From: Candidatus Harpocratesius repetitus
Lineage (GTDB): Archaea; Asgardarchaeota; Lokiarchaeia; Sigyniarchaeales; Promethearchaeaceae
DNA: 64,000 nucleotides
Direction: 5' to 3'
Assembly (NCBI GenBank): GCA_021498095.1
Contig: JAIZWK010000001.1
Span: 2,744,810 to 2,808,809 of the forward strand
The notes below the pieces were generated by a model. That model had not been told where the DNA came from and made no database searches. It saw nothing but the letters and a program-made list of their open reading frames with translations. Below are positions 38,500 to 49,862 of this stretch, in pieces. Numbering within the stretch: position 1 is the stretch's first letter; each line of letters opens with the position of its first letter. A program made the position numbers and the translations under genes.

Positions 38500-40551
38500 T
38501 TGCAAAAATATTTCAATTTTGACACCTTGATAAAGAAAGAGCTGAAGTTAATGGAATCAGAAAAATTTAATTGGAAAAAAGGAATATTTCATGATAGTAG
38601 TTCGAATTTTGTGTCTACTTCTAACCCAAAAAAGGGAGAAAAGATTCACATTTATATTCAAATGCTAAAAAATTCTCCCATTACTCAAATATTCTTCAGC
38701 TTTTTTCAAGATGGTGAAGAAATAAATATTGAAATGCAAAAACTTCCAAAATCAAGTTTGGAAAGAAATAACTACTCTTCAAATCTAAAAGTATATTCTA
38801 CAAAAATAGAATTAAAAGGAAATGAACTTAAGTATAGATTTAGAATTTTGACAAATCAAGAACATTTTTGGTATTCAGGTTTAGGTTTAACTCGAATAAC
38901 ACCTCCAAGTGAGTATTGTTTTACTATAATAGCAGATGCTTTAATTCCATCTTGGGTTACCAAAACGGTATTCTATCAAATTTTTCCTGATCGATTTTGC
39001 AATGGAAATCCTTCAATAGATGTAAAAAATAACGAAATCTCAAGAGGTAATGAAAAATCAGTTCATTGTGAATGGAATGACATTCCTGGAGAATATGGAA
39101 AAAATTATACAAGTTTACATTTTTATGGAGGTGATTTAGCAGGAATTAAAGAAAAAATATCTTATCTTCAAGATTTAGGAATAAATGCGATTTATTTAAA
39201 TCCAATTTTTAAAGCTAATTCTAATCATCGTTATGATACTATTGATTACTATAGAATTGATCCACATATTGGTAGCAACGAAGAATTTGCTCAATTGGTG
39301 CAAGAATTGCACAATCAAGGAATTCAAATTATTTTAGATGCTGTAATCAACCATACGGGAGATAAACACCCATGGTTTAATAGAAATGGCGATCCCAACA
39401 AGGGAGGTGCATATACATCACCAAATGATCCGCATAGATGTTTTTATCGGTTTTATAATGAAGATCCGGAAAGTTTTGATGCATGGAAAAATTATAAACT
39501 CCTCCCTCGCCTAAATTATAATTCTGATGAACTAAAAGATCAAATATATCGAAAGTCAGATTCGATTCTTAAATATTGGATGCAAACACCATATAACATT
39601 GATGGTTGGCGATTTGATTGTGCAAATATGGTTGGAAAATATGATTCATTAGGAAAAAGAATCAATGTATGGGAAGAAATTCGTACTCAATTAAAAAAAG
39701 TCAATCCTAATTCTTTTATTATTGGTGAAAGCTTTTATGATGGAACTGAATTAGTGAATCACCATAAACTTGATGCAATCACTAATTATTGTGGATTTTA
39801 TTCTCCTCTTATTCGATGGCTAACCCAAAATGATGGAATTCAAGCATTAAGTAATAAAGAATTTCGTTGTTTTTCATTTTCATATTATTTTTCACTTTCA
39901 GATATGATTACCCAGATGAAAATTTATCGTAATAAGCTACCCTTTCAATTTCAACTAATCCAAATTAACTTATTAGACAGCCACGATGTTCCAAGATTAT
40001 TTTCGGCAATAGGAAAAAACGAATCAATAATGAAAATGGCAGTGTGTTTTTTATTCACTTATATTGGGATACCGATGATTTATTATGGAGATGAAAATGG
40101 AATGGAGGGTATTTCTGATCCTGCCAATCGACAACCTATGATTTGGGAGAAAGCTAGATGGAATTCAAATTTACGACAATTTTATAAGAAAATGATATTT
40201 TTACGAAAAGAATATTCTGAATTACAAATTGGATCTTTTTTTAATTTTCAATTTGACACAAATAATTCATCAGAAAACGAAGACTCTTATTCTGAAATTC
40301 TTGCTTTTGCACGTTTTTCGAAATCTCGCTGTTTAATTATTATACTACAAAAAAAAGAAGTAAAAAAACAAATACAGATACCTTTATGGCAATTGAGGTA
40401 TGATTCAGGTGTAATTAAGCCTCTACTTGATTTAATTAATCAACAAGAAATTAATCAATCTTTTAAGTTAAACACTAAATTTTCTCAAGGTATAGCGATA
40501 TTTCATGCTGAAAACATTTATCCTTGTTATATTGGAGAAATCAACAATTAG
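38500..40551 (+). CDS. GH13 alpha-amylase family enzyme (cyclomaltodextrinase/neopullulanase-like)
   Basis: Conserved regions are DAVINHTG (I), GWRFDCANMV (II), IIGESF (III) and LLDSHDVPR (IV). It has an N-terminal extra domain, is 683 aa, and probably truly starts at ATG 38551. Confidence 0.85.
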   Translation: MQKYFNFDTLIKKELKLMESEKFNWKKGIFHDSSSNFVSTSNPKKGEKIHIYIQMLKNSPITQIFFSFFQDGEEINIEMQKLPKSSLERNNYSSNLKVYSTKIELKGNELKYRFRILTNQEHFWYSGLGLTRITPPSEYCFTIIADALIPSWVTKTVFYQIFPDRFCNGNPSIDVKNNEISRGNEKSVHCEWNDIPGEYGKNYTSLHFYGGDLAGIKEKISYLQDLGINAIYLNPIFKANSNHRYDTIDYYRIDPHIGSNEEFAQLVQELHNQGIQIILDAVINHTGDKHPWFNRNGDPNKGGAYTSPNDPHRCFYRFYNEDPESFDAWKNYKLLPRLNYNSDELKDQIYRKSDSILKYWMQTPYNIDGWRFDCANMVGKYDSLGKRINVWEEIRTQLKKVNPNSFIIGESFYDGTELVNHHKLDAITNYCGFYSPLIRWLTQNDGIQALSNKEFRCFSFSYYFSLSDMITQMKIYRNKLPFQFQLIQINLLDSHDVPRLFSAIGKNESIMKMAVCFLFTYIGIPMIYYGDENGMEGISDPANRQPMIWEKARWNSNLRQFYKKMIFLRKEYSELQIGSFFNFQFDTNNSSENEDSYSEILAFARFSKSRCLIIILQKKEVKKQIQIPLWQLRYDSGVIKPLLDLINQQEINQSFKLNTKFSQGIAIFHAENIYPCYIGEINN

Positions 40552-40746
40552 GCTTGAATAATTTCCCTATCAATAAGGTTCTGTACCTGATTATGAACAG
40601 CATTTACAGATAAGTTCAACAATTGAGCCATATTTCGATATATAATTCGAGAATTTTGTAATAGCACTTGGATAAGTTGATGATCTTCAATATCCATGAT
40701 TAATTTAATTTTTAAGCAAAGTTATATACTTTTTTTAATTATGCAA

Positions 40747-42117
40747 TTAAGTATCCATATTTTTTCGTTTTAATAAAGCAATAAAATAGCCTTGTCCGTC
40801 TTCTTCAGTTGGATAGAATCGGCGCATAAAGGACTTTGTTTCTGGTGGAATCCCAGAATAATCTAATCCTGAATGACCAAAAGATCTAAATTTAGGCGGA
40901 AGTGAAACTAATTCGTAATTCAATTTATTAATAGCATATGCCACAATGCCTTCATTTTCTTGAATAGCAAAAGTACAAGTATTATACATTAGATATCCTC
41001 CAGGTTTAACAAGTTTATGGACAATTTTAAGCAATCTTCTTTGGTTCAACGCATATGCTTCTAAATCTTCTTTTGATTTTTGAATAAAAAGTTTTGGTCT
41101 TGGTCCAAGTGCACTACATGGAGGATCAAAAATAACAAAATCACCAGTTCCAACATATTGTGGGTATTTCTTTTCAAGTTTTTCTAATTTGCATGCAATT
41201 ACTTCAATGTTTTTCAATCCCAGTCGATCAATATCATGTTTTAGATGTAAAAGTCGATTTTTTGATCGATCGATTGAGACAATTGGAAACCATTTTGGAT
41301 CTCCCTTCTTTTTAGTTAAAAATTGTATCCACTCTGCTAATGCACAAGTTTTATGTCCTGGTGCTGAACAAGTATCAAAAATCACAGGAATCTCCTTATT
41401 ATTGAAATAATATTCTAAAATAAAATAGGCGAAAATTCGTGTAGCAAGATTCGCTTGAAAATGTTGATCTGATATTAATCCCTTTTCAAAGAATTCACTT
41501 TGACGATAAGATGGGATATTGAATTTTGATTGTAAGGTTTTGACCATAATCCCCGTGATTGCTTTCGGATAATCTTTTGAGGCGATCTGAGTGATTCCAT
41601 TTGCTACATGGAAATGTTTTTTATCATATTGAATCGATTTCGGTAATTTTTGAGGATCCAACATTACAGAAACCAAAGTATTATTGGAAAATTTACCACC
41701 AATTTCACACACACCAGGAACATAAAGATTGGCACCCATCATAACAGATTCTGCTGCAAATTTATCACAATAGACGATTGGATCGTGAATTTCCATTTTT
41801 AGTGCCTTTTTGATTTGAATTGAAATCATATTTTCCAAAGAAGTTAAAGAAAAATTATAAGATGGATATGCTTCAATAAGATAATTAATTAAATTATTTC
41901 TTGAAATTCGAGTAAGATTAACTCGAAGGAAATATTCTTTGGGAGTTTTCACCAAATTTTGTAGTAATTTGGATCTCTCTTCTTTATCCTTACAAGTTAT
42001 ACTGATATACAAATCGATTTCTGGAGATATCAAAAAATTCTTTATGTTTTCAGTTTGATTTGATGAACTTTTTTGAATTTCTATTTCATGAGATGGAGTT
42101 TTTCGCTGTAAATTCAT
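40747..42117 (-). CDS. RNA cytosine-C5 methyltransferase, NOL1/NOP2/Sun (RsmB/Trm4-like)
   Basis: Motifs FDTCSAPGHKT (SAM binding), DPPCS (motif IV Cys) and TC (motif VI Cys). Confidence 0.8.
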   Translation of the reverse strand: MNLQRKTPSHEIEIQKSSSNQTENIKNFLISPEIDLYISITCKDKEERSKLLQNLVKTPKEYFLRVNLTRISRNNLINYLIEAYPSYNFSLTSLENMISIQIKKALKMEIHDPIVYCDKFAAESVMMGANLYVPGVCEIGGKFSNNTLVSVMLDPQKLPKSIQYDKKHFHVANGITQIASKDYPKAITGIMVKTLQSKFNIPSYRQSEFFEKGLISDQHFQANLATRIFAYFILEYYFNNKEIPVIFDTCSAPGHKTCALAEWIQFLTKKKGDPKWFPIVSIDRSKNRLLHLKHDIDRLGLKNIEVIACKLEKLEKKYPQYVGTGDFVIFDPPCSALGPRPKLFIQKSKEDLEAYALNQRRLLKIVHKLVKPGGYLMYNTCTFAIQENEGIVAYAINKLNYELVSLPPKFRSFGHSGLDYSGIPPETKSFMRRFYPTEEDGQGYFIALLKRKNMDT

Positions 42118-42171
42118 TCAATAAATCAAAAGTAGAAATTTCTTAAAGTTAAAATGATTTACTGATCTTGC

Positions 42172-42600
42172 ATGTGCAACCAAAATAAAGCGTGTAAGGA
42201 ATTACATGAAATCAAAGCGGAAAATATAATGAGCAGGGATGTTACAGTAGTTGAACCAATGGAAAAGCTTTCAACTGCTGAAATTTTAATGATTAAAAAG
42301 AATATTGGTGGATTACCTGTTGTTTCTCCAGAAACAAAAAAACTAATTGGTATTCTTACACAACGGGATATTCAAATTTCGAAAACATTAATCGGAACTG
42401 ATATATTCCATGTTGATGATATTTATTCGAAAAATCCTGTAGTGGGAAAACCAGATGAAAGTTTACCTAAAATTATTAAAAAAATGAATCAATACAATAT
42501 TGAACGAGTACCTATTGTAGATGATAAAGATCATGTAATTGGAATTGTAGTAACAAAGGATTTAATTCGTTCATTAGCAGAATTTTTTGATGATCCATAA
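42172..42600 (+). CDS. CBS-domain pair protein
   Basis: Two CBS motifs are present (IMSRDVTVVEP...LPVV; VDDIYSKNPVVG...VPIVDD). The likely start is ATG 42229. Confidence 0.6.
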   Translation: MCNQNKACKELHEIKAENIMSRDVTVVEPMEKLSTAEILMIKKNIGGLPVVSPETKKLIGILTQRDIQISKTLIGTDIFHVDDIYSKNPVVGKPDESLPKIIKKMNQYNIERVPIVDDKDHVIGIVVTKDLIRSLAEFFDDP

Positions 42601-42861
42601 GAATAAAGCACGAATATCATATTTATATTGGAAAAATATCCTATTTTATTGTTTTTTTCTATTTGTGGTTTGAAACAAAATATCCAATGTTAATTAATGG
42701 TTATCTGATAATTATTAGGCGTGCAAGATATTTTATAGACAGATGTTATTTTTTTATTAGAATTTAAAAATTGAAAATGATAAGGTGGATCTAAAATAAA
42801 AAAAAAAAAAATCAATTCACTTTCCAATAAAGCACTAAAACCCAGTGGAACTGAATTTTTC

Positions 42862-45800
42862 ATGGCTGAATTTAAATTTCCCCGGTGGAAACCATTCACA
42901 TTTATAGATTCAAACCCGCCAATATTCTATCCAAGTTTTATTAATGAATTACTCCAAAAATGTGATAATTTTTCCCATACATCAGATATAGAAACGTTAT
43001 TTTGGCAGATTCTCACTTTAAAATATCTCAAATTATTAAAAACTAGTGAATTCGAAAATTATTATCAAACATTAATTAAATATGAAGTTACAGAAAATGA
43101 TAAATCGGGTTTTTTAAATCCTCAATTGAAATACTCAAAGAAAAAGAAGAATACAACTTTTTCGATTACTGATTCAGATATCTTAAGTACATATTACATC
43201 TTAAATATATTCGCCTTAACAGGAAAATTAACGGAATATTTAGCAACTTTGAATGGAAATCGGAAAAAATATTTGGAAAATTATATTTTAGATTTACAAT
43301 TTCATTTAAAAAAGAATAGTCGGAAATCTCAAGCAGAAATTCTCTTTTACATTACTACACTATATCTATTATTAGGAAATTCTCCACGGACGATTCAGCA
43401 CCAAGTAATACAGCAAATAAAGCCAAGTATCAAGCAATCTAAAGGACCGAATACTGTTTTTAAATTACTTTTATTTCGATTTTTTAATATGCAAGATCCT
43501 TTGAAAGAAAGCGATTTGATTTCATTACACCAACTTCAAAAAACAAATGGTGGTTTTAATTTTAAAAATTCAACTATTGCAGATCCATCGAATACTTTTT
43601 GGATCGTTTTCACCTTAGAAACTTATAGTTGGTTTTTACCCTATCGTCCAGGACCAATATATTCATATCTTTTATCTTTTCTTCGACATGAATATCAACA
43701 TACACAAAATGATTCACAATATCTTTTCTCTAAGAATACTATTAAGTCTATTTTTCAATTAATAGTCTTGTATGCATGTATTTTCGATTCTCTATTGAAT
43801 GATGTAGAAAACTTAATTTTTACTAATATATCTAAGAAAGGGATGTTAAATGCAGACAAACTTTCGAATGAAGGAGGATTTGCAGGAGCAGAGAATGAAA
43901 TTATCTCTTTATTAAATCAAAAATTTCAATTTAAATTAGAAATATTAGATAATAACATAGTATTTCGGCGATATTTAAATCGTTTAAATCCATTTAAAGA
44001 AAAATTGGCTGTTCAAATTAGGAAAGAAATAAGAAATTCTCTGCAATTCGATATTAATGAATTTGTAAAAAATTATAACCGGACAAAAAGTCGAACAAAT
44101 CGAATTAAAGTTGAATTTATATGTGATTTAATCCAAGAAATGGAACAAGAATTTTTCTTTACAGGAAGTCTTAAATCTCGTAATCGTTTTTTCTTTTTCC
44201 ATTCCTATTTATATATTCGGGAAAATTTCATCGAAAAAATCATTGTATGTGACAAACAACTGAATTGGCAAGATATTCAACATGAAAAAAAACGGATGGA
44301 AGAAATCCTTATAGACATATTCAATATGATAAATGAGATTAAAGAGGCAAAAACCCGAATTTTAAATGATATTGAATCTATGATTTTGGTTGGAATGAAT
44401 CCCGAAAAAATTGAAGAACATATGAAATTTTTAATCAAAAATACCCTGATTGATGCTACATTTTTCCGAAAAACAATTGAAACTTTTACTAGTGAATTTG
44501 TTTATTTAAATCCAAATTATGCTCTTAATTCACGAATTAAAGAGTGGGAACTCCTATATTCAAATCTTCAATCAGATTTTCGAAATATTAGAAAAATACT
44601 AAATATAAAATTAGACAACTTAAAAGATGAAATTCAACAAAGAGACTTTCTCTTTTCTTTAGAAAAGGAAATAAATACATGCATAAACCAAATTACTGAA
44701 AATGCAATAAACTTTGAAGAAAATTTCCGACAAACATTTGACCAAGAATATCATCGAAAATTAATAGATCAACTAAAAGAACAATTGAAACTAACAAAAG
44801 ATAATTTAAATATGCTTGATAAACGGATTAAAAATCGATCTTTGAGAATTACAAGTAAAAAAACAAAAATCACTCAAATGCGTAATAAACTAATTAATAA
44901 GTGGATTTCGCATAAACAAGATATTACTCAATTACTTGCTTTTTATCAAGAAGGCTTTGATTATTGGGATAAATCTCTATCAAAATTTGAATTATTACAA
45001 AGTAGTTTTCTTCAAAGAATTAATAAAGTTGAAAAAGAAATCAAAAAAGAAATATCTAAAAATGATTATTCAGTCGCATTTGAAATGAATAGAAGAAAAT
45101 TTGCTGAAATTTTTAATGATATGAATTTATTAACCAATAATTTTGAAAAGGAATTTAATAAAAAACGCAAAGGAGCGCGTAAATTAAATCCTTTATATCA
45201 AGCACTGATAACAGAGTGGAATTCGCTTCAATATTCACTAGAAGCCCTAATTCAACAAAAGAAGCGTTCGTTCCAAAAATCTATTACTATGGATCAAATT
45301 TCTTTTCATACCGAGAATTTTCAACTTATTGTAGAATCCCAAATCACCATTCTGAATCAAAAGCTTATTGAATTCAAAAAAAGATTTTCATCCCTTATTA
45401 AACATGATGAAAACATATCCCAATATAATTATAATCATGAAGCTGAAAAATTAAAAAAGGATTTTTTAAAAATACAAGCTCAAATAAAAGATGAATACAA
45501 TAAAATTAAAAAACTCAAATTAAATATAGATTTATCTCTATCTCTTAAGCAATTTCAAGAATTTGAACAGCATTTTAATCATGAAATTCAAGAAATAATT
45601 GATCATTATAATCGAAAAGAAAAAATTCGAAAAATTCTTAAATATGCTGAAGATAAAAATCAAAACTTGTTTGAAATTGCTGAGATCGCTCAAATATTAA
45701 AAATGAGCATATCTGAAACAGATTCATTGCTAAAACAATTAGTATCTCAAAATTTACTTAACGCACGAATATATAATAAAACAAGAAAAATTGAAATACA

Positions 45801-47277
45801 CAATAAGAATTGGAGAAATTATCTCAAACTAAAACAAGAAAGCGAAATTCGTTGTCGGGAATTACAAGCAAAAGTAAATTTAATTCAAAATTATTTTAAT
45901 AAAGCAGTAATCAATCATGAATTTTTGGAAAAAAGCGACCAGCTCGATACACTTATTGAAGAGTTTAATGAATATATAGAAACCAAATCTAATGAATTTG
46001 AAACTTTTATACAAGATAATCAAATAAATACGAAAAACAATCTGATATATGAAGAATACTTGCAATTCTATCAAAAAATAAATAAGATGAAAGAACAAGT
46101 AAACTCACTACAGAATACAACAAATCAAGCAAAAGAATTTGAACAAATACTTAAGGATTTTACTTCACGTTTAGAAGATTTTGGAAATTCAATAATTAAT
46201 AAAATTGAGCAGGAATTTCAAACTACATCAAAATTATCGCATAAAAATCATACAAAATACTTGCAAAATCAATGGAGTTTTATTCAAAATTTCTTAGATG
46301 ATATTCTTTTACAAGAAAAAACCCGTAGAAAAGAAATTTTTCAAAAAAACGGAAATTTTGGAGAAATTTTCTTTGATATTGAAGATGATTTTAAAAATAG
46401 AATTCAAAATATCATGCAAGATTTTAAGACAACTTTCCAAAATTATGAAGAAGAATTAAAAATAAATGAAATAAAAAACCTTCGCCAAAAAATGGACGAA
46501 ATTGTTATCGAAAAGCAAAACCTTGTTGGACAAAATCAAAGAAAAATTGATTTAGAAATAAAAAATAAAATTAGAGCAAAAGAATATATCATAGCAGCCA
46601 AAAAATTAAATCAACGAGCAAAAAGTCTATATAAAATATTGAAAAATGCTGAAAAAGAAATAAAATTAGCAAACAAAGAGTTTAATGCAAAATCAAAAGT
46701 ATTTGGTATAAAATACTCACCATATATATTAGAAGAATGGACAAACTTTCAAAAACAATTTGAAGAATCAGTAATTTCTACTTTAAATAAAGTATATGCA
46801 AGAGAACTTGTGTTAAACTTTACTTTTTTCTCGATAAAATCCTTTAAAGAGCCTTTTGTCCCATTAAAACTTATAGCTGAAAACCTATTTTTAAGCCATG
46901 ATCAAGTACAACATATTCTTATGAGTCTAATAAGCGAAGGAATGCTTTCAGGAAAAATTGATTTAGAACATGATGTTTATTTTGAAGGAACAATAAGTTT
47001 TGATGATAAAAGTATTGCTCGATTAGAAATTATAAAGAAAACAAATGTTAAAACATATTTAAGAATCAGGCGTTTGGTGAATGTATTTGCAATTCTCGGT
47101 CCGATTTTAACAGGATTTGCTTCTTTCTTAACAATATTATGGTATTTGATCCGTTTAGCCACAAATTTAGTCTTCATCGCAATTCCTATTGCAGTTCTTA
47201 TAATATTGTTTATTTATCTATGGATTCGAAAAGGAAGGGAACAATTTGCTCAACTAGAACCAGAATCGAGTGAATAG
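42862..47277 (+). CDS. Giant (1471 aa) protein: N-terminal prenyltransferase-like alpha/alpha repeat region, ~1100-aa coiled-coil, C-terminal TM tail-anchor
   Basis: N-terminal repeats of the type DIETLFWQILTL, SDILSTYYILNIFALTG, AEILFYITTLYLLLG and LQKTNGGFNF. There are long K/E/N/Q-rich heptad-like segments. A final hydrophobic stretch (ILGPILTGFASFLTILWYLIRLATNLVFIAIPIAVLIILFIYLWI) precedes a short tail. Confidence 0.55.
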   Translation: MAEFKFPRWKPFTFIDSNPPIFYPSFINELLQKCDNFSHTSDIETLFWQILTLKYLKLLKTSEFENYYQTLIKYEVTENDKSGFLNPQLKYSKKKKNTTFSITDSDILSTYYILNIFALTGKLTEYLATLNGNRKKYLENYILDLQFHLKKNSRKSQAEILFYITTLYLLLGNSPRTIQHQVIQQIKPSIKQSKGPNTVFKLLLFRFFNMQDPLKESDLISLHQLQKTNGGFNFKNSTIADPSNTFWIVFTLETYSWFLPYRPGPIYSYLLSFLRHEYQHTQNDSQYLFSKNTIKSIFQLIVLYACIFDSLLNDVENLIFTNISKKGMLNADKLSNEGGFAGAENEIISLLNQKFQFKLEILDNNIVFRRYLNRLNPFKEKLAVQIRKEIRNSLQFDINEFVKNYNRTKSRTNRIKVEFICDLIQEMEQEFFFTGSLKSRNRFFFFHSYLYIRENFIEKIIVCDKQLNWQDIQHEKKRMEEILIDIFNMINEIKEAKTRILNDIESMILVGMNPEKIEEHMKFLIKNTLIDATFFRKTIETFTSEFVYLNPNYALNSRIKEWELLYSNLQSDFRNIRKILNIKLDNLKDEIQQRDFLFSLEKEINTCINQITENAINFEENFRQTFDQEYHRKLIDQLKEQLKLTKDNLNMLDKRIKNRSLRITSKKTKITQMRNKLINKWISHKQDITQLLAFYQEGFDYWDKSLSKFELLQSSFLQRINKVEKEIKKEISKNDYSVAFEMNRRKFAEIFNDMNLLTNNFEKEFNKKRKGARKLNPLYQALITEWNSLQYSLEALIQQKKRSFQKSITMDQISFHTENFQLIVESQITILNQKLIEFKKRFSSLIKHDENISQYNYNHEAEKLKKDFLKIQAQIKDEYNKIKKLKLNIDLSLSLKQFQEFEQHFNHEIQEIIDHYNRKEKIRKILKYAEDKNQNLFEIAEIAQILKMSISETDSLLKQLVSQNLLNARIYNKTRKIEIHNKNWRNYLKLKQESEIRCRELQAKVNLIQNYFNKAVINHEFLEKSDQLDTLIEEFNEYIETKSNEFETFIQDNQINTKNNLIYEEYLQFYQKINKMKEQVNSLQNTTNQAKEFEQILKDFTSRLEDFGNSIINKIEQEFQTTSKLSHKNHTKYLQNQWSFIQNFLDDILLQEKTRRKEIFQKNGNFGEIFFDIEDDFKNRIQNIMQDFKTTFQNYEEELKINEIKNLRQKMDEIVIEKQNLVGQNQRKIDLEIKNKIRAKEYIIAAKKLNQRAKSLYKILKNAEKEIKLANKEFNAKSKVFGIKYSPYILEEWTNFQKQFEESVISTLNKVYARELVLNFTFFSIKSFKEPFVPLKLIAENLFLSHDQVQHILMSLISEGMLSGKIDLEHDVYFEGTISFDDKSIARLEIIKKTNVKTYLRIRRLVNVFAILGPILTGFASFLTILWYLIRLATNLVFIAIPIAVLIILFIYLWIRKGREQFAQLEPESSE

Positions 47278-47325
47278 TTAATTTGAATCGCGAAAATATA
47301 TTTGAAAATATAGAAAATCTAAATT

Positions 47326-49530
47326 TTATCCATATACATAGGTTAAATATGCTCCAGCAGTTTGAAAAATACCTGCTTTAAGACATCTATCAATAGTAAT
47401 TTCAATTTTGATAGAATCGATCTCTTCATTTCGTGCTTCTGAATATAATGCATCTAATTCAAAATATAGACAGTTACCTTTCAATTCACCACTTAATTCC
47501 ATTGTGGATAAAATCCAATCATAATATTTCTTAGTAATGCCGTATTTTGAAAGTAGAGTGTGTGTTGAATTATTTTCTGAAGTATGGTGCTTATTTTGCA
47601 GAATTCGATTCTTTCCTAAAGAAGTAAGTTCTTTAGTTATATCCGAAATCAAATTATATGCCTTTTTTTTACCATTTTGCTTCTTATTTCTTTTAGTTAG
47701 TTCTTTTTTTTGGGAATAATTGACATTGACCTTTTCTATTATTTGATTAATCTTAACTAATTCTTGGTTTTCTTTATATTTCTGCCTATTTTTTTCAATT
47801 TGTGAGAGAGTTTGTACACTATATTTTGGTTTTTCAATTGTTCTGGGAAATTCTTCAATTGTTTGAATTTTTTCTGGATATGTAAGAAGTGATTGCATTT
47901 TTTCTTCTTTATAATGTGAAACTTGATAATAGATTTCATCTAGTGTATTGGGACTCACTAAACAATAGCATTTTCCAACAGTATGGCGTCCTGTACGGCC
48001 ACGTCGTTGGATCAATCTTATTTCACTTGGTACTGAATCGTAAAAAATTACTGCATTCACATTAGGGATATCTAAACCTTCTTCAGCCACTGATGTTGCT
48101 ATTAAAATACGATATTTTCCGTTAGAAAAATGATTTAGTAATTTTTTTTGATCGTTTTGTGATAACCCTGGATCATTAAGTCGTGAAGCTTGACCAACAA
48201 ATCGATATGCGATTTTTTCAGAAAATAAAATAGCAAAATTTCGATTCAATTCTTCTTCAATATAAGTTCCCATTTCTCTGTATTGGGTAAATACAATCAG
48301 TTTAGCCTTAGGATCTTGTGCCAATTCATCTTGAATAATTCTAATTAATGGATCCATTTTCGGTGATTTATTACACGAGCGAAGTATTTGCTTTACGCCA
48401 TTAATATATTTTGAATGTAAAAATCGCTTTAAGTGCTTATTGCCATAATCGGCCCGATCTTGGAGTTTCTGCAAATATGTCCAAAACATACGAACATCTT
48501 GAGTAGTAAGAATTTCTTTTAAATGTTCAAGATATATTCCATTTATAGCATAACCCATGGCTGTAGCTTTATTTGGTATTTCTCTAGATTGTGAAACATC
48601 AAATAATTCTGCAAGGTGTGGGAAGTTTAATCCACGGAAACCTTGTTTTTGAAGCATATCTTGCTTTTCATCTTCAGTCATGTGAGAATCACAAAGAATA
48701 TCGACCATTTTTAGATCTTGAATCAATTGAATAAATTGAAATTTAGAACTAAATCGACGACGGGGAAGAATATCTTGCTCATGAAGATATTCGAGAATTT
48801 TTCGAATAGCAGTATCTAAAATCATCTGGGCTTTTAGAATTTCATTCGGCAATTCAATTCGCTGAATTATTGTATTAATTGGAAATACATAATCTCTTAC
48901 ATCAAGACTATTTTGATTTCTAAAAACAATTTGTTCTATTTGGAGATTTTGACATAATTCATTAATACGGAATAAATCTTTACCAGGACTGGCTGTCAAA
49001 CCTAAAATTAAAGGACAAGAACACTGAGAAAGATAAACTTCTGCCACATAAGTATAACTATAACGCTTCCTTGCTTTATGAACTTCATCAAATATAATAT
49101 GACCAAAACCTTCTAATGAATAAAGCCCTGCTTCTAAATCGTTTTTAATTATTTGAGGAGTAGAAAAGAAGATATCAGCTTCATTTAAACTTAAAGCACG
49201 TTTCGTTGGAGATAAACCACTGGAAAAAATACAAAGTCGTACATTAGATTTAAAAAATCGATGAAATGTATCGTAATGTTGCTGAACTAGTGGACGAGTG
49301 GGAGCTAGAAACAGAATCTTTGAATGGGGAGCACTTTCAAGTGTGTGAGCAATTGATAACACTGCTATAATTGTCTTTCCTAAACTTGTAGGTAATACAA
49401 CTAATGTATTCTTGTAGGATGCAGTTTGAGCAATATTTAATTGATACTCTCTTTGATCGATAAGATCTGTATTCAATAATTGTTGATTTATTTTTATTGT
49501 TTTTTTGTCGGACATACCAATAACTCTCAC
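47326..49530 (-). CDS. Hef/FANCM/Mph1-family DExH helicase without recognisable ERCC4 nuclease domain
   Basis: It has REYQLNIAQTA...NTLVVLPTSLGKT (motif I), IIFDEVHKA (II), GLTASPG (III) and QRRGRTGR (VI). Length is 734 aa. Confidence 0.8.
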   Translation of the reverse strand: MRVIGMSDKKTIKINQQLLNTDLIDQREYQLNIAQTASYKNTLVVLPTSLGKTIIAVLSIAHTLESAPHSKILFLAPTRPLVQQHYDTFHRFFKSNVRLCIFSSGLSPTKRALSLNEADIFFSTPQIIKNDLEAGLYSLEGFGHIIFDEVHKARKRYSYTYVAEVYLSQCSCPLILGLTASPGKDLFRINELCQNLQIEQIVFRNQNSLDVRDYVFPINTIIQRIELPNEILKAQMILDTAIRKILEYLHEQDILPRRRFSSKFQFIQLIQDLKMVDILCDSHMTEDEKQDMLQKQGFRGLNFPHLAELFDVSQSREIPNKATAMGYAINGIYLEHLKEILTTQDVRMFWTYLQKLQDRADYGNKHLKRFLHSKYINGVKQILRSCNKSPKMDPLIRIIQDELAQDPKAKLIVFTQYREMGTYIEEELNRNFAILFSEKIAYRFVGQASRLNDPGLSQNDQKKLLNHFSNGKYRILIATSVAEEGLDIPNVNAVIFYDSVPSEIRLIQRRGRTGRHTVGKCYCLVSPNTLDEIYYQVSHYKEEKMQSLLTYPEKIQTIEEFPRTIEKPKYSVQTLSQIEKNRQKYKENQELVKINQIIEKVNVNYSQKKELTKRNKKQNGKKKAYNLISDITKELTSLGKNRILQNKHHTSENNSTHTLLSKYGITKKYYDWILSTMELSGELKGNCLYFELDALYSEARNEEIDSIKIEITIDRCLKAGIFQTAGAYLTYVYG

Positions 49531-49862
49531 AAATTGCTCATATAACTTATTTTCATAAAGAATATCTTAGAAAATCTAAAGAACGAACAGTTTTTAAAAG
49601 AATTGAGCCTATAGAATTTTTTAATTTTAAGTCAAATTTAGTAACCCCTTATAAATCAGTCGAAATTGGGAAAAATAGAATATACAAAAAATGAATTCCT
49701 ATATTTTTAAAGCACATGGTATAGTGGTTATTATAATTGATTTCCGTTCAAGATGTCTCCTGTTCAAACCAAAATGCATTTTTTAAAGAATCTGTAAATA
49801 CAGTTATAGATTCATTTGGAACTTCTTTAAATGCAACCCAACAATCATCACTGGTAGCAGAA

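Noticed and set aside
49690-49765. Possible tRNA (TAGTGGTTA D-loop-like and TGTTCAAACC T-loop-like strings)
   Set aside because: I could not fold a consistent cloverleaf. There is no acceptor-stem complementarity and the anticodon and T stems do not pair.
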